DNA of 64,000 nucleotides from the NCBI GenBank assembly GCA_016929645.1, contig JAFGIK010000086.1, forward strand, positions 408-64,407. Reading direction: 5' to 3'. Position numbers and translations under genes: made by a program. Within the stretch, counting starts at the first letter, position 1, and each line of letters opens with the position of its first letter. Source of the DNA: Candidatus Dojkabacteria bacterium. Its GTDB lineage: Bacteria; Patescibacteriota; Dojkabacteria; SC72; JAFGCJ01. The notes beneath the pieces are model-generated. The model was not told the origin of the DNA, did no database searches, and saw only the letters and a list, made by a program, of their open reading frames with translations. This document shows positions 51,191 to 62,001 of this stretch, piece after piece.

Positions 51191-51835
51191 TTTTAACGGC
51201 TGATCTTTTCCAGAAGAACCCCAACCTCGTTCACCACGATCAGTATCATCAAGCCTATCAACAACCTCAACTTCAGGGTAAACTACAGGACAAACCACAA
51301 GTTGAGCTACTCTATCACCTTTTTTTATAACATAATCAACTCCAGAAACATTGACCAAAGCCACACCAACAACGCCTCTATACTGTTCATCAACAGTACC
51401 CGGTGAATTTACAACCACTAATCCATACTTAAATGCACTACTTCTTGATCGGATTTGAATATCAAACCCAGGAGCAAGAGCACACTTAAACCCAGAATTC
51501 ACAAGAACCCTATCAAGAGGCTTCAATACAATTTCATCAAATTCTGAAACTGGTTTGCCATTTACTTCTTCAAGTTTTTCATTATTTCGATAAATCGAGT
51601 CAAACTTATAAACAGTTACATCCAAACCTGAATCTGTAGGAAACACCCGTTGAGGAATCACCACATCATCAGCAATAAGCTCGATGCGAAATTTTGGCAC
51701 AGATGTATTTTTTTTAGTCATAGATGATTCCATAAAAAATTTTAAAATATATAACCATATCATCAAACAGAACAACAATTGATATGTCAAAAGTAATCCG
51801 ATATCATTAATCAATACCAGAATTCTGGTATCCAA
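51188..51835 (-). CDS. dcd: dCTP deaminase / dUTPase-family protein
   Basis: Dcd motifs GLDVTVY and SRSSAFKYGLVVVNSPGTVDEQYRG. The ORF-track N-terminus (hydrophobic 38 aa) is probably an over-extension; likely start MTKKNTSVPKF near 51721. Confidence 0.8.
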   Translation of the reverse strand: MDTRILVLINDIGLLLTYQLLFCLMIWLYILKFFMESSMTKKNTSVPKFRIELIADDVVIPQRVFPTDSGLDVTVYKFDSIYRNNEKLEEVNGKPVSEFDEIVLKPLDRVLVNSGFKCALAPGFDIQIRSRSSAFKYGLVVVNSPGTVDEQYRGVVGVALVNVSGVDYVIKKGDRVAQLVVCPVVYPEVEVVDRLDDTDRGERGWGSSGKDQPLK

Positions 51836-51881
51836 AATTTATAGAAAGAATAAACAACTAAAATATACAAGAACAAAAAGA

Positions 51882-53171
51882 ATGAAAGTAAAAGAGATTA
51901 TTGAAAATGAACTCAAATACCAACAGCAGCAACTCAAACTAATTCCCTCTGAAAATTATGTTAGTAAAGGAGTGCTTAACGCAGTTGGTTCAGTAATGAT
52001 AAATAAATATGCAGAAGGTCAAGCATTCAAAAGATACTATCAGGGCAATAAAAACATGGATATGCTTGAAGAACTTTGCAAAAATCTTGCACTTCAGACC
52101 TTCAATTTAGATCCCGACAAATGGGCGGTCAATGTCCAAGCAGTCACAGGAAGTGTAGCAAATCTTTCGGTTTACAACGCCATACTCAACCCTCAAGATA
52201 AGATATTGGCAATGAGTTTGTTTCATGGAGGCCATCTAAGTCATGGCTGGAAACTACCAAACGGGAAAAAGATAAGTTTCTCGTCCAAGGTTTTTAACTC
52301 AAGTTTTTATATGGTATCACCAAAAGACTACAGGTTCGATTATGATCAAATAGAAAAACAGGCACAAGAAGAAAAACCAGCACTCATAATCTCAGGAGGA
52401 ACAGCTTATCCAAGACAGATAGATTTTAAAAGACTATCCGAAATTGCTAAATCTGTTGGAGCAAAATATTTAGCCGACATTGCCCACGAAGCAGGACTCG
52501 TAGCAAACGGACAATACGACAGTCCATTTGAATATGCAGACTTTGTAACAATGACAACACGAAAAACCCTTCGCGGTCCAATCGGAGCACTTGTTTTTTG
52601 CAGAAAAGAATACGAAGACGCAATTGATAGCTCAATTTTTCCAGGACTTCAAGGCGGACCAATGATGAATTCAATAGCAGGTATAGCAACAGCCCTAGAA
52701 GAAGCCCAAACAAAGGATTTCGAGACATATATAAAACAAGTTCGGAAAAACGCCGATACACTCGCAGCGTCACTAGTCAAAAGAGGCTTCAATGTAATAA
52801 CTGGCGGCACAGACTCTCATTTGATACTAATTGATATCACAAATAAGCAACCCAACGGTTACGTTGCCGCAGAAATACTTGAAGCTGTAGATATTATCCT
52901 TAACAAAAATACAATCCCTTTTGATCCGGGATCTCCATGGAGACCATCAGGGATAAGACTTGGCACCCCATCTGTGACAACAAGGGGCATGAAGGAAGCT
53001 GAAATGGAAGTTATTGCCGAACTTATAGAGAAAACATTGAAAGAATTTACTGCAGACGGCGACATCAAAAAATTTCAGCTTAAAAAAGAGATTAACAAAA
53101 ATAGGCATATTTTCGAAATAAAAAAGGAAGTTAATGATCTAACTCAAAAATTCCCAATATACAATGATTAA
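51882..53171 (+). CDS. glyA: serine hydroxymethyltransferase
   Basis: LIPSENYVSKGVLNAVGSVMINKYAEG; PLP lysine region TMTTRKTLRGP. Confidence 0.93.
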   Translation: MKVKEIIENELKYQQQQLKLIPSENYVSKGVLNAVGSVMINKYAEGQAFKRYYQGNKNMDMLEELCKNLALQTFNLDPDKWAVNVQAVTGSVANLSVYNAILNPQDKILAMSLFHGGHLSHGWKLPNGKKISFSSKVFNSSFYMVSPKDYRFDYDQIEKQAQEEKPALIISGGTAYPRQIDFKRLSEIAKSVGAKYLADIAHEAGLVANGQYDSPFEYADFVTMTTRKTLRGPIGALVFCRKEYEDAIDSSIFPGLQGGPMMNSIAGIATALEEAQTKDFETYIKQVRKNADTLAASLVKRGFNVITGGTDSHLILIDITNKQPNGYVAAEILEAVDIILNKNTIPFDPGSPWRPSGIRLGTPSVTTRGMKEAEMEVIAELIEKTLKEFTADGDIKKFQLKKEINKNRHIFEIKKEVNDLTQKFPIYND

Positions 53172-53225
53172 GCACAAAAATTACATTATCTTGCAAATCA
53201 GCACAAATAAGTCTTCTAACTGATT

Positions 53226-53873
53226 TTATATGATCACGTGATCTATCATTGTGACACCAATTATCTCTGCTGCATCTTTGACTCTCTTGGTAAAGACAAT
53301 ATCTGCCACACTGGGCTTAGTCTCACCTGAGGGATGATTATGCACAAGGATAAAGCCTGCAGCTCCAGATTTCAAAACCTCAAACAAAATATCCCGAGGC
53401 TCAATAATAACTCTGTTTTGCGCCCCTATTGCAACAGTTTTCTGGCATATAAGTTGATTTTGAGCATCAAGGCAAAGCACAATGACATGCTCTCGCACAC
53501 TTCGTTTCAGAGATTTAAGATATGACGCAACATCTGCCCGACTATTGATCCTGACTTTATGGCTAATTTTTGAATAAATCCTCCTGCCAAACTCCAGACC
53601 ACAAAATATCTGCATCGATTTAACTCTGCCAAGACCTTTAATCTTATCAAGATCAGTCCAAGATAAAATCTGAGAAAAAGAGTCGTCCCCTTTACTTAAA
53701 AATCTATCTGCACGAGATTGAATAAAATTTCCAACCTTCCGTGCAACAATCCTTACGTGATTATCTTTGCAACCACTACCAATAATGATCGCTATCAGAT
53801 CGTAATCAGATAATGAATTAATTCCGAATAATTCAAGTTTTTCGCGAGGCAAAAGAGAACTTTTATTCTGCAT
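53226..53873 (-). CDS. radC: RadC-family JAB/MPN domain protein
   Basis: ILVHNHPSGETKPSVADI (JAMM motif), N-terminal HhH. Confidence 0.88.
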   Translation of the reverse strand: MQNKSSLLPREKLELFGINSLSDYDLIAIIIGSGCKDNHVRIVARKVGNFIQSRADRFLSKGDDSFSQILSWTDLDKIKGLGRVKSMQIFCGLEFGRRIYSKISHKVRINSRADVASYLKSLKRSVREHVIVLCLDAQNQLICQKTVAIGAQNRVIIEPRDILFEVLKSGAAGFILVHNHPSGETKPSVADIVFTKRVKDAAEIIGVTMIDHVII

Positions 53874-53925
53874 ATAATAAATATTACAGAATAAAAATTA
53901 AAAAATAATAAATGAAGATGTTGAA

Positions 53926-56064
53926 TTATTTGTCTTTTTTTATGTATTTACAATCCGGATATCCACTACAACCAATAAAAGATTTGCCCCAGCGACCTTT
54001 TCTTTCAACAAGGTTTTTACCACACTCAGGACATTTTTCACCAAGTAACAAAGGTATTGTTGTTTTACATTCAGGATAATTACTGCAGGCCCAGAATCTT
54101 CCAAATTTACCGCTTTTAAGTTCCATCGGAGAGCCACATTTTTCACATTTATCAGGTTTTGTGTAGAAACCACTGTCGATTTTAGCTTGAAATTCCTCAT
54201 CATCAAGACCTAACATACCTTTGCATTTAGGAAAACTTGCACAACTCAAAAATTTCCCGTTGCGCCCCAATCTAACTACCATTTTACCCCCACATTCAGG
54301 GCATTTCTCATCAGAATCAGACAATATCACAACATCCTCTTTGTCAACACTTTTCTCTTTTTCATCGATCTCTTTTTGAAGAGGAGAATAAACCTTATCA
54401 ACAACAATTGTCCAATCATCACCTTTGGTAGCAACATCATCCAAATCTTCCTCTACTTCAGATGTAAAATCATAATCCACAATTCTTGAAAAATATTTGA
54501 CAAGAAAATCATTTACAACACAGCCCGTATCTGTTGGATAAAGAAAACGACCATCTTTTTTAACATAACCCCTCGCTTGAATTGTGGAAATAATCGTGGC
54601 ATAGGTTGATGGTCTACCTATACCGTACTTTTCCAGTACCTTAACAAGTGAAGCTTCCGTAAATCTTGCTCGAGGTTTTGTAAATTTCTGATCTAAAGTG
54701 ATATCATTACAAATCAACTTATCACCCTTTTCAAGATCAACAAAGACATCATTCTGTTCTTTATCTGAAACATTTGTTAGATATACTGGATATATTCTCG
54801 AAAAACCATCAAATAATATCTCTTTACCAACCAGGTTAAATGTATAGAACGAATCTTTGTCACTTTTACGAGCTTCAATAAATATTTTATTATCGTTATA
54901 AATAATAGGACTCATTTGACACGCAAGTGTTTTATCCCAGATAAGTTTATAAAGTTTATACTGATCGTCTTTTAGTAAAGATTTTAGTTTTTCTGGTGTC
55001 AGCTCAATATCTGTCGGTCTAATTGCTTCATGAGCTTCCTGCGCCAACCGACTCTTTGTCTTATAGAAATTTGGCTTATCTGGTAAATATTTGTCTCCAA
55101 AATTTGACTTAATGAACTTCCGGATTGATTTGATTGCAATCATAGAAATACTTGTAGAATCAGTTCTCATATAGGTGATAAGACCAGTTTGCCCAATTCC
55201 TTTAATATTCACCCCTTGATACAAGTTTTGGGCAATCTGCATAGTTCGCTTTGCTGTAAATCCAAGCTTATTGTTTGCCGCTTGTTGTAAAGTTGATGTT
55301 ACAAAAGGTGGAGTTGATTTCTGATTCCTTTCTTTTTTCTCAACCTCCGAAACATGCCAATCTGCACTTTTTAGGAACTCTTTTACCGATTTAGCATCAG
55401 ATTCATTCACGACTGTATATTTCTTATCATCTTTTTTTACAAGTTTTGCTGGAAACGGATTTTCAGATTTACTCTTTGCTAGGATTGCAACAATATCCCA
55501 AAATTCTTCTGGTACAAAAGAATCGCGTTCACGCTCTCTTTCTACGATTAATCGTGTGGCAACAGACTGAACCCTTCCTGCAGACAAACCATACCAGATC
55601 TTCTTCCATAAAAGACCAGACAATTTGTATCCAACAAGACGATCAAGCACTCTTCTGGCTTTTTGAGCATTTACAAGATTAGTATCAATCAGTCGTGGAT
55701 TTTTAATAGCCGATAAAATAGCGTCCTTTGTTATCTCGCTAAATATGATTCTGTTTGGATTTTCCAATTTTAGTGACCTTGCTACATGGTCCGCAATTGC
55801 TTCTCCTTCCCTATCAAGGTCAAGAGCCAAGTAAACATCTTGCTCATTTTGTGGTAAAAGTTTCTTCAATTCCTTGATTAGCTTTTTCTTTCCATGTATT
55901 ACTTCATATTTGGGTTCGTAATTTTTTTCAATATCAACACCAAGATCACTTTTAGGAAGATCCATAACATGACCCTTGGTTGCATAAACCTTATAATCTT
56001 TTCCAAGATACTTTTCAATAGTTTTAGCTTTTGATGGAGACTCAACAATTACAAGTTTTTTCAA
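53926..56064 (-). CDS. topA: DNA topoisomerase I
   Basis: Toprim N-terminus MKKLVIVESPSKAKTIEKYLG, catalytic-Tyr domain, C-terminal C4 zinc ribbons (CPECGGKMVVRLGRNGKFLSCASFPKC, three copies). Confidence 0.93.
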   Translation of the reverse strand: MKKLVIVESPSKAKTIEKYLGKDYKVYATKGHVMDLPKSDLGVDIEKNYEPKYEVIHGKKKLIKELKKLLPQNEQDVYLALDLDREGEAIADHVARSLKLENPNRIIFSEITKDAILSAIKNPRLIDTNLVNAQKARRVLDRLVGYKLSGLLWKKIWYGLSAGRVQSVATRLIVERERERDSFVPEEFWDIVAILAKSKSENPFPAKLVKKDDKKYTVVNESDAKSVKEFLKSADWHVSEVEKKERNQKSTPPFVTSTLQQAANNKLGFTAKRTMQIAQNLYQGVNIKGIGQTGLITYMRTDSTSISMIAIKSIRKFIKSNFGDKYLPDKPNFYKTKSRLAQEAHEAIRPTDIELTPEKLKSLLKDDQYKLYKLIWDKTLACQMSPIIYNDNKIFIEARKSDKDSFYTFNLVGKEILFDGFSRIYPVYLTNVSDKEQNDVFVDLEKGDKLICNDITLDQKFTKPRARFTEASLVKVLEKYGIGRPSTYATIISTIQARGYVKKDGRFLYPTDTGCVVNDFLVKYFSRIVDYDFTSEVEEDLDDVATKGDDWTIVVDKVYSPLQKEIDEKEKSVDKEDVVILSDSDEKCPECGGKMVVRLGRNGKFLSCASFPKCKGMLGLDDEEFQAKIDSGFYTKPDKCEKCGSPMELKSGKFGRFWACSNYPECKTTIPLLLGEKCPECGKNLVERKGRWGKSFIGCSGYPDCKYIKKDK

Positions 56065-56068
56065 TATT

Positions 56069-57199
56069 CTATTTTAAAATTTTAATTTTGCTTGATCTCT
56101 CAAGCCTCAAAATACCTTCTAGCTCAAACTTTGTCAAGAAACGACGGATAAGGCTTGATTCTAGATTGCTTTGTTTAAACAGGTCCTCTAGTATAAATTG
56201 TCCAGATTTTAGCAGTTCATAATTTTCCGGATTATCTGGAATTTTGAACGCTGACATAAAATTCTTAATCGATTCACGATTCATAACAAAATCATAATCA
56301 AACTCAACACCGTCAATAAGAACTCGTATGTCATTAGCACATGTAATTACATACGCACCATTTTTTATCAAGAAATTAGTCCCAAAAGAAGAGCGATTAT
56401 AAATACTTCCAGGAACACTTCCTACATCTCGATTATATTGAATTGCAAGATCCGCTGTAATCAAAGAACCACTTTTCTCAGGAGCTTCAATCACAACAGT
56501 CAGTTTTGATAAACCTGCAGTTATTCTATTTCTTACTGCAAACATCTTTTTACAGAGAGGTGTACCAGGAAGAAACTCCCAAACAGCACAACCCTTATTG
56601 ATAATTGTGTCATATAGGCTTCTATTATATGAAGGAATCCCATCCTCAGGACCTCCAGGTAGTACTGCTACAGGAATAGCGGATAAAACTTTCTCATATT
56701 GAAAAAGTTTGTGTACTTCTGAATCTATTCCATAAGCAAGACCACTGACAATATTAAACTCACAGCCCTTAATTATCGGATAAAGAACTTCTTTGACAAC
56801 ACTTCTTCCATAATTAGTCATACTACGAGTACCAACAACTGATATTGAAAATTCATTTTTTAATGCTGCAGGATTACCTTTAACAAAAAGAAATGCAGGA
56901 TAATCAGGAATTTTTTTTAGAAGTTTAGGATAGCGGTCATCCCAAAATGGAATTATTTCAACTCCAGCATGACTGCATTTTCTCATAATATTTTCTGCTG
57001 ATAATTCTTCATACTTTAATTGCAGTTGATCAGCAACAAAAGATTTAAAATCCGTTATCCCTAATTTTTTGAATTTTTGGTAAGTATTAATAACTCTTTT
57101 AGAGCCATACTCCATCAAAGAGAACAGCCACAACCAATATTTAAGCATGAACAAATAATAACAAAGGGAAATTAAAATTTCGTTAAAAGAAAAAAACAT
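56069..57199 (-). CDS. dprA: DNA processing protein DprA (Smf)
   Basis: Rossmann-like DprA core (GLAYGIDSEVHK, GSLITA); N-terminus in the ORF track is probably over-extended (likely start MEYGSKR). Confidence 0.8.
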   Translation of the reverse strand: MFFSFNEILISLCYYLFMLKYWLWLFSLMEYGSKRVINTYQKFKKLGITDFKSFVADQLQLKYEELSAENIMRKCSHAGVEIIPFWDDRYPKLLKKIPDYPAFLFVKGNPAALKNEFSISVVGTRSMTNYGRSVVKEVLYPIIKGCEFNIVSGLAYGIDSEVHKLFQYEKVLSAIPVAVLPGGPEDGIPSYNRSLYDTIINKGCAVWEFLPGTPLCKKMFAVRNRITAGLSKLTVVIEAPEKSGSLITADLAIQYNRDVGSVPGSIYNRSSFGTNFLIKNGAYVITCANDIRVLIDGVEFDYDFVMNRESIKNFMSAFKIPDNPENYELLKSGQFILEDLFKQSNLESSLIRRFLTKFELEGILRLERSSKIKILK

Positions 57200-57232
57200 T
57201 TCAGGACGATACAGCAGCAGAAATCAAGTACA

Positions 57233-59185
57233 CTAATTTTCCAGGTAGCCATTATCTGCCAACCAATCAATATATTGCAGTGCAACTTCTGCTGCGTTAT
57301 TACTAGCACCACCACCTTCAAGAAAAATAACAAAAGAATACTTTGGATTGTCATAAGGGAAAAATCCCATAACCCAAGCATGAGTTTTTGTATAATATCC
57401 AGTTTCATCTTTTACACCGAACTCTGCAGTACCAGTTTTTGCTGCAACTTCAACTTTTGACTGACCCAAAGGAACAATAATGCTGTAAGGGCCGGAAACA
57501 CTATTTCTCATACCCTCCTTTATATAATACAAAGTACTATCACTTAATTTACCCTCACGAAGAACATTATCTTCTACCATTGTATAACTCTTTTCAGAAT
57601 TAACACCCGTGGTAACTGATTCCCATTTGTATGAATAATGAGGCTGAATCACCTTTCCTCCATTGGATATTGTTGCAGACCATCCAACCACCTGCATAGG
57701 AGTAGCAAGCGTAATACCTTGACCAATAGCAGAGTTACATGCATCACCTTCTTCATACCAAACAGGATCAAGATACGGATTATTCTTAGCAAGTTCAATT
57801 TTGTTCTCTGGAGAAGGTAACATGCCTGATTGTTCACCAGGAATATCAATCCCGGTCTGACTTCCCACACCATAAAACTCAGCATAATCTATAAAGTTAT
57901 CAATTCCTAAAGCAAGCATTGTCTGACAAAAATAAATATTACTTGATCTCGCAAGACCCTGAACAAAATTCAAAGAACCATAGGCATGACCTTGGTATTC
58001 TTGAAAAGGGAGTGTTCCACCAAGATAGATCGTACCAGAACTCACATAAACAGTATCAGGAGTGGCAGTACCATATTCGAGTGCAGCAGAGCCAACTATC
58101 GTCTTAAACATAGATCCAGGAGGCATTTGAGCGTTTGTCACTCTATTAAATAAAGGAATTCCGGAATCATTAATAAATTTATCATAGTCATCCTGAGAAA
58201 TACCCCCTATAAAGAGATTATTATCATAATTCGGTACACTGACAGAAGCAATAATTTCTCCAGTATATGGATCTTGCAACACTGCAGCACCACCTGTCGC
58301 ACCATATTCTGCAACACCAGCTTTCAACAATTCATCAAGTTTAACTTGGGCATCATAATCGATAGTCAAATACAAACTATCCCCAGGAATAGGAGCTGTT
58401 CCCGAATTCACATATTCTGCAATTAATTTTTGAGAAGCATCAATCTCAATAATCTTCGTACCCTTCTTTCCTCGCAGTTTTTCATCATACCAATACTCTA
58501 TACCATCCATACCAACAATATCTCCCATCTCAACACCATCAACAGCATCAACAACTTCAGCAGAAGCCTCTCCTGTATAGCCAATAATATGGGAGAATGA
58601 GTCCCCACCAAGATATTCCCGTTTAGTAGAATAATCAACCCAAACACCAGGAAGATCATTCTGATTTGAATGAATTTCAAGTACTTGATCTCTTGAAATG
58701 TCTTGAACAAGAATAAGTCTAGAAGTAAGAGGTTCATCGGAAACTACCTTGTCGAACTTATCCATAAGTTCAGATTGATCAACACCTGTCACTTCGGAAA
58801 TTATTCGGAACTCTTCTTTCAGAATTTCGGGATTAACATTTTGTGGATCAATCATCAAATTAAAGGACGGGATATTAATAGCAAGTTTTTTACCATTTCT
58901 ATCATAAATAATACCCCTGTCAGGCTGAATTATGTGTTCTTCAAGTCGATTTAGTTCGGACAAAGTAGAGTATTTTCGCCCTCGGACAATCTGAAGATTA
59001 ACTAAGGAAAAGACGAGAACTCCAAAAAAAATAACTGTAACAGCATAGAGAAAAACTGTATTCCATCCAAAATATTCAGAAATATTTTGTTTCCCATGAA
59101 CCTGCCCTTTAAGAGAATTTACATCCCTCCACACAATATCTTGCTGAAATGTTTTTAGTTTTTTCGATGCAGAGATAACTTCCAA
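57233..59185 (-). CDS. mrdA: penicillin-binding protein 2 (peptidoglycan D,D-transpeptidase)
   Basis: N-terminal TM, SxxK (GSMFKTIVG), SxN, KTGTAEF (KTG) motifs. Confidence 0.9.
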   Translation of the reverse strand: MEVISASKKLKTFQQDIVWRDVNSLKGQVHGKQNISEYFGWNTVFLYAVTVIFFGVLVFSLVNLQIVRGRKYSTLSELNRLEEHIIQPDRGIIYDRNGKKLAINIPSFNLMIDPQNVNPEILKEEFRIISEVTGVDQSELMDKFDKVVSDEPLTSRLILVQDISRDQVLEIHSNQNDLPGVWVDYSTKREYLGGDSFSHIIGYTGEASAEVVDAVDGVEMGDIVGMDGIEYWYDEKLRGKKGTKIIEIDASQKLIAEYVNSGTAPIPGDSLYLTIDYDAQVKLDELLKAGVAEYGATGGAAVLQDPYTGEIIASVSVPNYDNNLFIGGISQDDYDKFINDSGIPLFNRVTNAQMPPGSMFKTIVGSAALEYGTATPDTVYVSSGTIYLGGTLPFQEYQGHAYGSLNFVQGLARSSNIYFCQTMLALGIDNFIDYAEFYGVGSQTGIDIPGEQSGMLPSPENKIELAKNNPYLDPVWYEEGDACNSAIGQGITLATPMQVVGWSATISNGGKVIQPHYSYKWESVTTGVNSEKSYTMVEDNVLREGKLSDSTLYYIKEGMRNSVSGPYSIIVPLGQSKVEVAAKTGTAEFGVKDETGYYTKTHAWVMGFFPYDNPKYSFVIFLEGGGASNNAAEVALQYIDWLADNGYLEN

Positions 59186-59196
59186 AAAGTTGCTAC

Positions 59197-59688
59197 TTAT
59201 ACTTTAACTACTGGTCTATTATCTATACGTTCCTTTATCAAGTAAAGAACAAGATATGCTATCCCCGTAAGAATCCATGAACCTACTGAAACTTGAGCAT
59301 AGTAAAGAAAAAGATTCTTATTCATTGACAAACCCTCAAATAACACTTTGCCTATAAGATAATGAACGATATATGATAGATATATTATAGCGTAGGAAAA
59401 TATTAATTTCTGCCAACTCCTATTAAGGATATTGAATGACTTAACTAACACAAAAAATATTAATGGAATCAAAATACTTATTGACATAAGGCCAACATTT
59501 GAATGAAACATCAAATCAAAAAAAATGCCACAAAGAATAGTAAAGATGACAGAACTTGAATCATCATCAATTAATAAAAATCCCAAAGATACTGCCAGAA
59601 TTACATTAACTGGCCCAACAAATGTAAGGCCATAATTCACAAAAGCAATTATGAAAGATAATAAAATTATACGAAGAACTTTATTCAT
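59197..59688 (-). CDS. mreD: rod shape-determining protein MreD
   Basis: 163-aa polytopic membrane protein immediately downstream of mreC. Confidence 0.7.
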   Translation of the reverse strand: MNKVLRIILLSFIIAFVNYGLTFVGPVNVILAVSLGFLLIDDDSSSVIFTILCGIFFDLMFHSNVGLMSISILIPLIFFVLVKSFNILNRSWQKLIFSYAIIYLSYIVHYLIGKVLFEGLSMNKNLFLYYAQVSVGSWILTGIAYLVLYLIKERIDNRPVVKV

Positions 59689-59712
59689 ATATTCTTAATA
59701 AATATTTTAAAA

Positions 59713-60510
59713 TCAATAATCAATTACGACAAAAACATAATCAACATCTTCAATAGCAAAACCAATATCTACATAGGATTTTTTCGTTGATGAAGTGGGA
59801 CTATCTTCAAGTTTAGAGATCTTTCCTATAATCAAATCCTGAGGAATATCATCCTCCCATGTAATAACAGTATCACCAACATTAAGTTCCTCATTTTCCA
59901 AAACATCCTCAAAAACCAATCCATCCAGAGAGCCATGAACAATACCTTTTGCTCTAGTCTCCTGATCAAGACAAATAATATTACTATTATAATCAGTAAT
60001 TAACTGAACTGTTGCCGTACTTTTATAAACAGCACTTACTCTACCAAGATAAATCATACCAATAATTACTACATCATTTTTATGAACATCTTTATCTTCT
60101 CCAATATCAATTACAATACTACCCACAGTACTTTCATTTTCCAGTCCCAATACTCTAGCTTTTTCAAGTTGCCATTCCTTATCATCAGTTAATTCGAGTT
60201 GATCTTTTAATAATTCGTTTTCAACCTCAATCTCTTTAATATTACTTATTTGAGCAAGCAATTTTGCATTATCAATTTTCAATTCATTATTCTGAGAGCT
60301 CAAGACTCCAATCTGAGTAATAGTACTAAAGAATCCCTGTACAGATACAACAGATCTGCCAGCAAAATACTCCAGAGGCTCCATCACGAAATTTACAGAA
60401 GAATACACAGGATCAATCCAACCCATTCCGTCAAGTAAAAGCATGAATACACAAATTAGAATACCGACAACAAAAGACCTAATTGTTTTTTTTAAATAAT
60501 CAATATCCAT
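59713..60510 (-). CDS. mreC: rod shape-determining protein MreC
   Basis: N-terminal TM, coiled-coil (LLAQISNIKEIEVENELLKDQLEL), beta-domain; position between mreB and mreD. Confidence 0.85.
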   Translation of the reverse strand: MDIDYLKKTIRSFVVGILICVFMLLLDGMGWIDPVYSSVNFVMEPLEYFAGRSVVSVQGFFSTITQIGVLSSQNNELKIDNAKLLAQISNIKEIEVENELLKDQLELTDDKEWQLEKARVLGLENESTVGSIVIDIGEDKDVHKNDVVIIGMIYLGRVSAVYKSTATVQLITDYNSNIICLDQETRAKGIVHGSLDGLVFEDVLENEELNVGDTVITWEDDIPQDLIIGKISKLEDSPTSSTKKSYVDIGFAIEDVDYVFVVIDY

Positions 60511-60555
60511 TTATATTTTTATTTTCTAAATATCTGAGCAGGAAAAACAAGAAAA

Positions 60556-61605
60556 CTAAATAACGTCATCCCAATTCAACTGACACTTCTTTAAGAACTC
60601 AGGATTTTCAAGCATCTTTGACGCACCTCTAACTGCCGCAGTCAAAGGATCATCCGCAATAATAATTGGAAGTTTAACTCTCTCCTCAAGATATTTATCA
60701 ATACCACGTAGCATAGCTCCACCACCAGCAAGAGTAAGCCCAGAACTTGATAAATCAGCCAATAATTCAGGAGGTGTTTCCTCAACAGCATCCTTAACTG
60801 CTTCAGTAATAGAGCTCAGTGAATTCATTAAAGCTTCCCGGACCTCAACTCCTGAAACCTCAATCGACTTTGGCAAACCAGAAAGAAGATCCCGTCCTTG
60901 AAGTACTACTGCCTTTTCTTCTTTTTGAGGATAGGCAGAACCTATGGAGATTTTTACGTCCTCAGCACTTCGCTCTCCAATGAGTAAGTTATACTTATGT
61001 TTTATATAATTAACAATATCCTGATCCATTTCATCACCAGCAATCTGAATCGTTTTATCAACTACAATCCCACCAAGCGAAAGAATAGCAATATCGGTAG
61101 TACCTCCTCCAATATCAACAATCATACTTCCGCTTGCATCTTCAATTGGAAGACCAACACCAATTGCTGCAGCAACAGCTTCTTCAACTACAAAAACTTC
61201 ACGTGCACCAGCAGATTTGGAAGCATCAACAACAGCCTGCCTTTCAACTTCCGTTACTGATGATGGCACACCAATAACAACTCTTGGTCGAGGAATAGTA
61301 AACATTTTTGCGTTAAGACTATGAACTTTCTCAATAAAATATCTAATCATTGCCTGAGTCGTATCAAAGTCAGTAATGACACCATCTCGAAGAGGACGAA
61401 TTGCAACAACATTTGCTGGGGTACGACCAATCATTTGTCTTGCTTCACTACCAACAGCAAGAACCTGTTTTGTTTTCCGGTTTATTGCCACAACTGACGG
61501 TTCATTAATCATAATACCCTTACCCTGAACACTGACCAGTGTATTTGCGGTACCAAGATCAATACCAATATCAAGTGTGACAAGATTCCATATTGAATCA
61601 AACAT
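60556..61605 (-). CDS. mreB: rod shape-determining protein MreB (actin homologue)
   Basis: IGIDLGTANTLV phosphate-1 and VDIGGGTTDIAILS phosphate-2 motifs. Confidence 0.95.
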   Translation of the reverse strand: MFDSIWNLVTLDIGIDLGTANTLVSVQGKGIMINEPSVVAINRKTKQVLAVGSEARQMIGRTPANVVAIRPLRDGVITDFDTTQAMIRYFIEKVHSLNAKMFTIPRPRVVIGVPSSVTEVERQAVVDASKSAGAREVFVVEEAVAAAIGVGLPIEDASGSMIVDIGGGTTDIAILSLGGIVVDKTIQIAGDEMDQDIVNYIKHKYNLLIGERSAEDVKISIGSAYPQKEEKAVVLQGRDLLSGLPKSIEVSGVEVREALMNSLSSITEAVKDAVEETPPELLADLSSSGLTLAGGGAMLRGIDKYLEERVKLPIIIADDPLTAAVRGASKMLENPEFLKKCQLNWDDVI

Positions 61606-61733
61606 ATTGATGGGATTTTATCATTAAAGCAAATCTTATGGAAATACTAATATATGACTACGTCACAGATCAAATAAATCAATGCAAAAACGACAGTTAA
61701 CACTGTCTAAAATAATGACACACAAGGAAAATG

Positions 61734-61949
61734 TTAATTTGAACCTTTTTTGCTTAGAGATTTATAGCACTTCATGCACACCTTCACTCGTTTCATGACA
61801 CCATTAACAAGAAGCTTTGCAGTTCTAAGATTGGGTCGAGTCTTATGAACTCGATTTGGAGCACTGTGAGCCCAACCTGTTGCATGGTGATGAGTATCAC
61901 GATTGCCATAAACTGTTGATTTTTTGCAAATATCACAAACTTTTGACAT
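61734..61949 (-). CDS. rpmB: 50S ribosomal protein L28
   Basis: MSKVCDICKK...GN..HH...W......NL pattern of L28; 71 aa. Confidence 0.75.
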   Translation of the reverse strand: MSKVCDICKKSTVYGNRDTHHHATGWAHSAPNRVHKTRPNLRTAKLLVNGVMKRVKVCMKCYKSLSKKGSN

Positions 61950-62001
61950 AATTACTTGAGTATTAAATCTAAAGATTCAAAGAGATATTATCAGAAAAAT
62001 T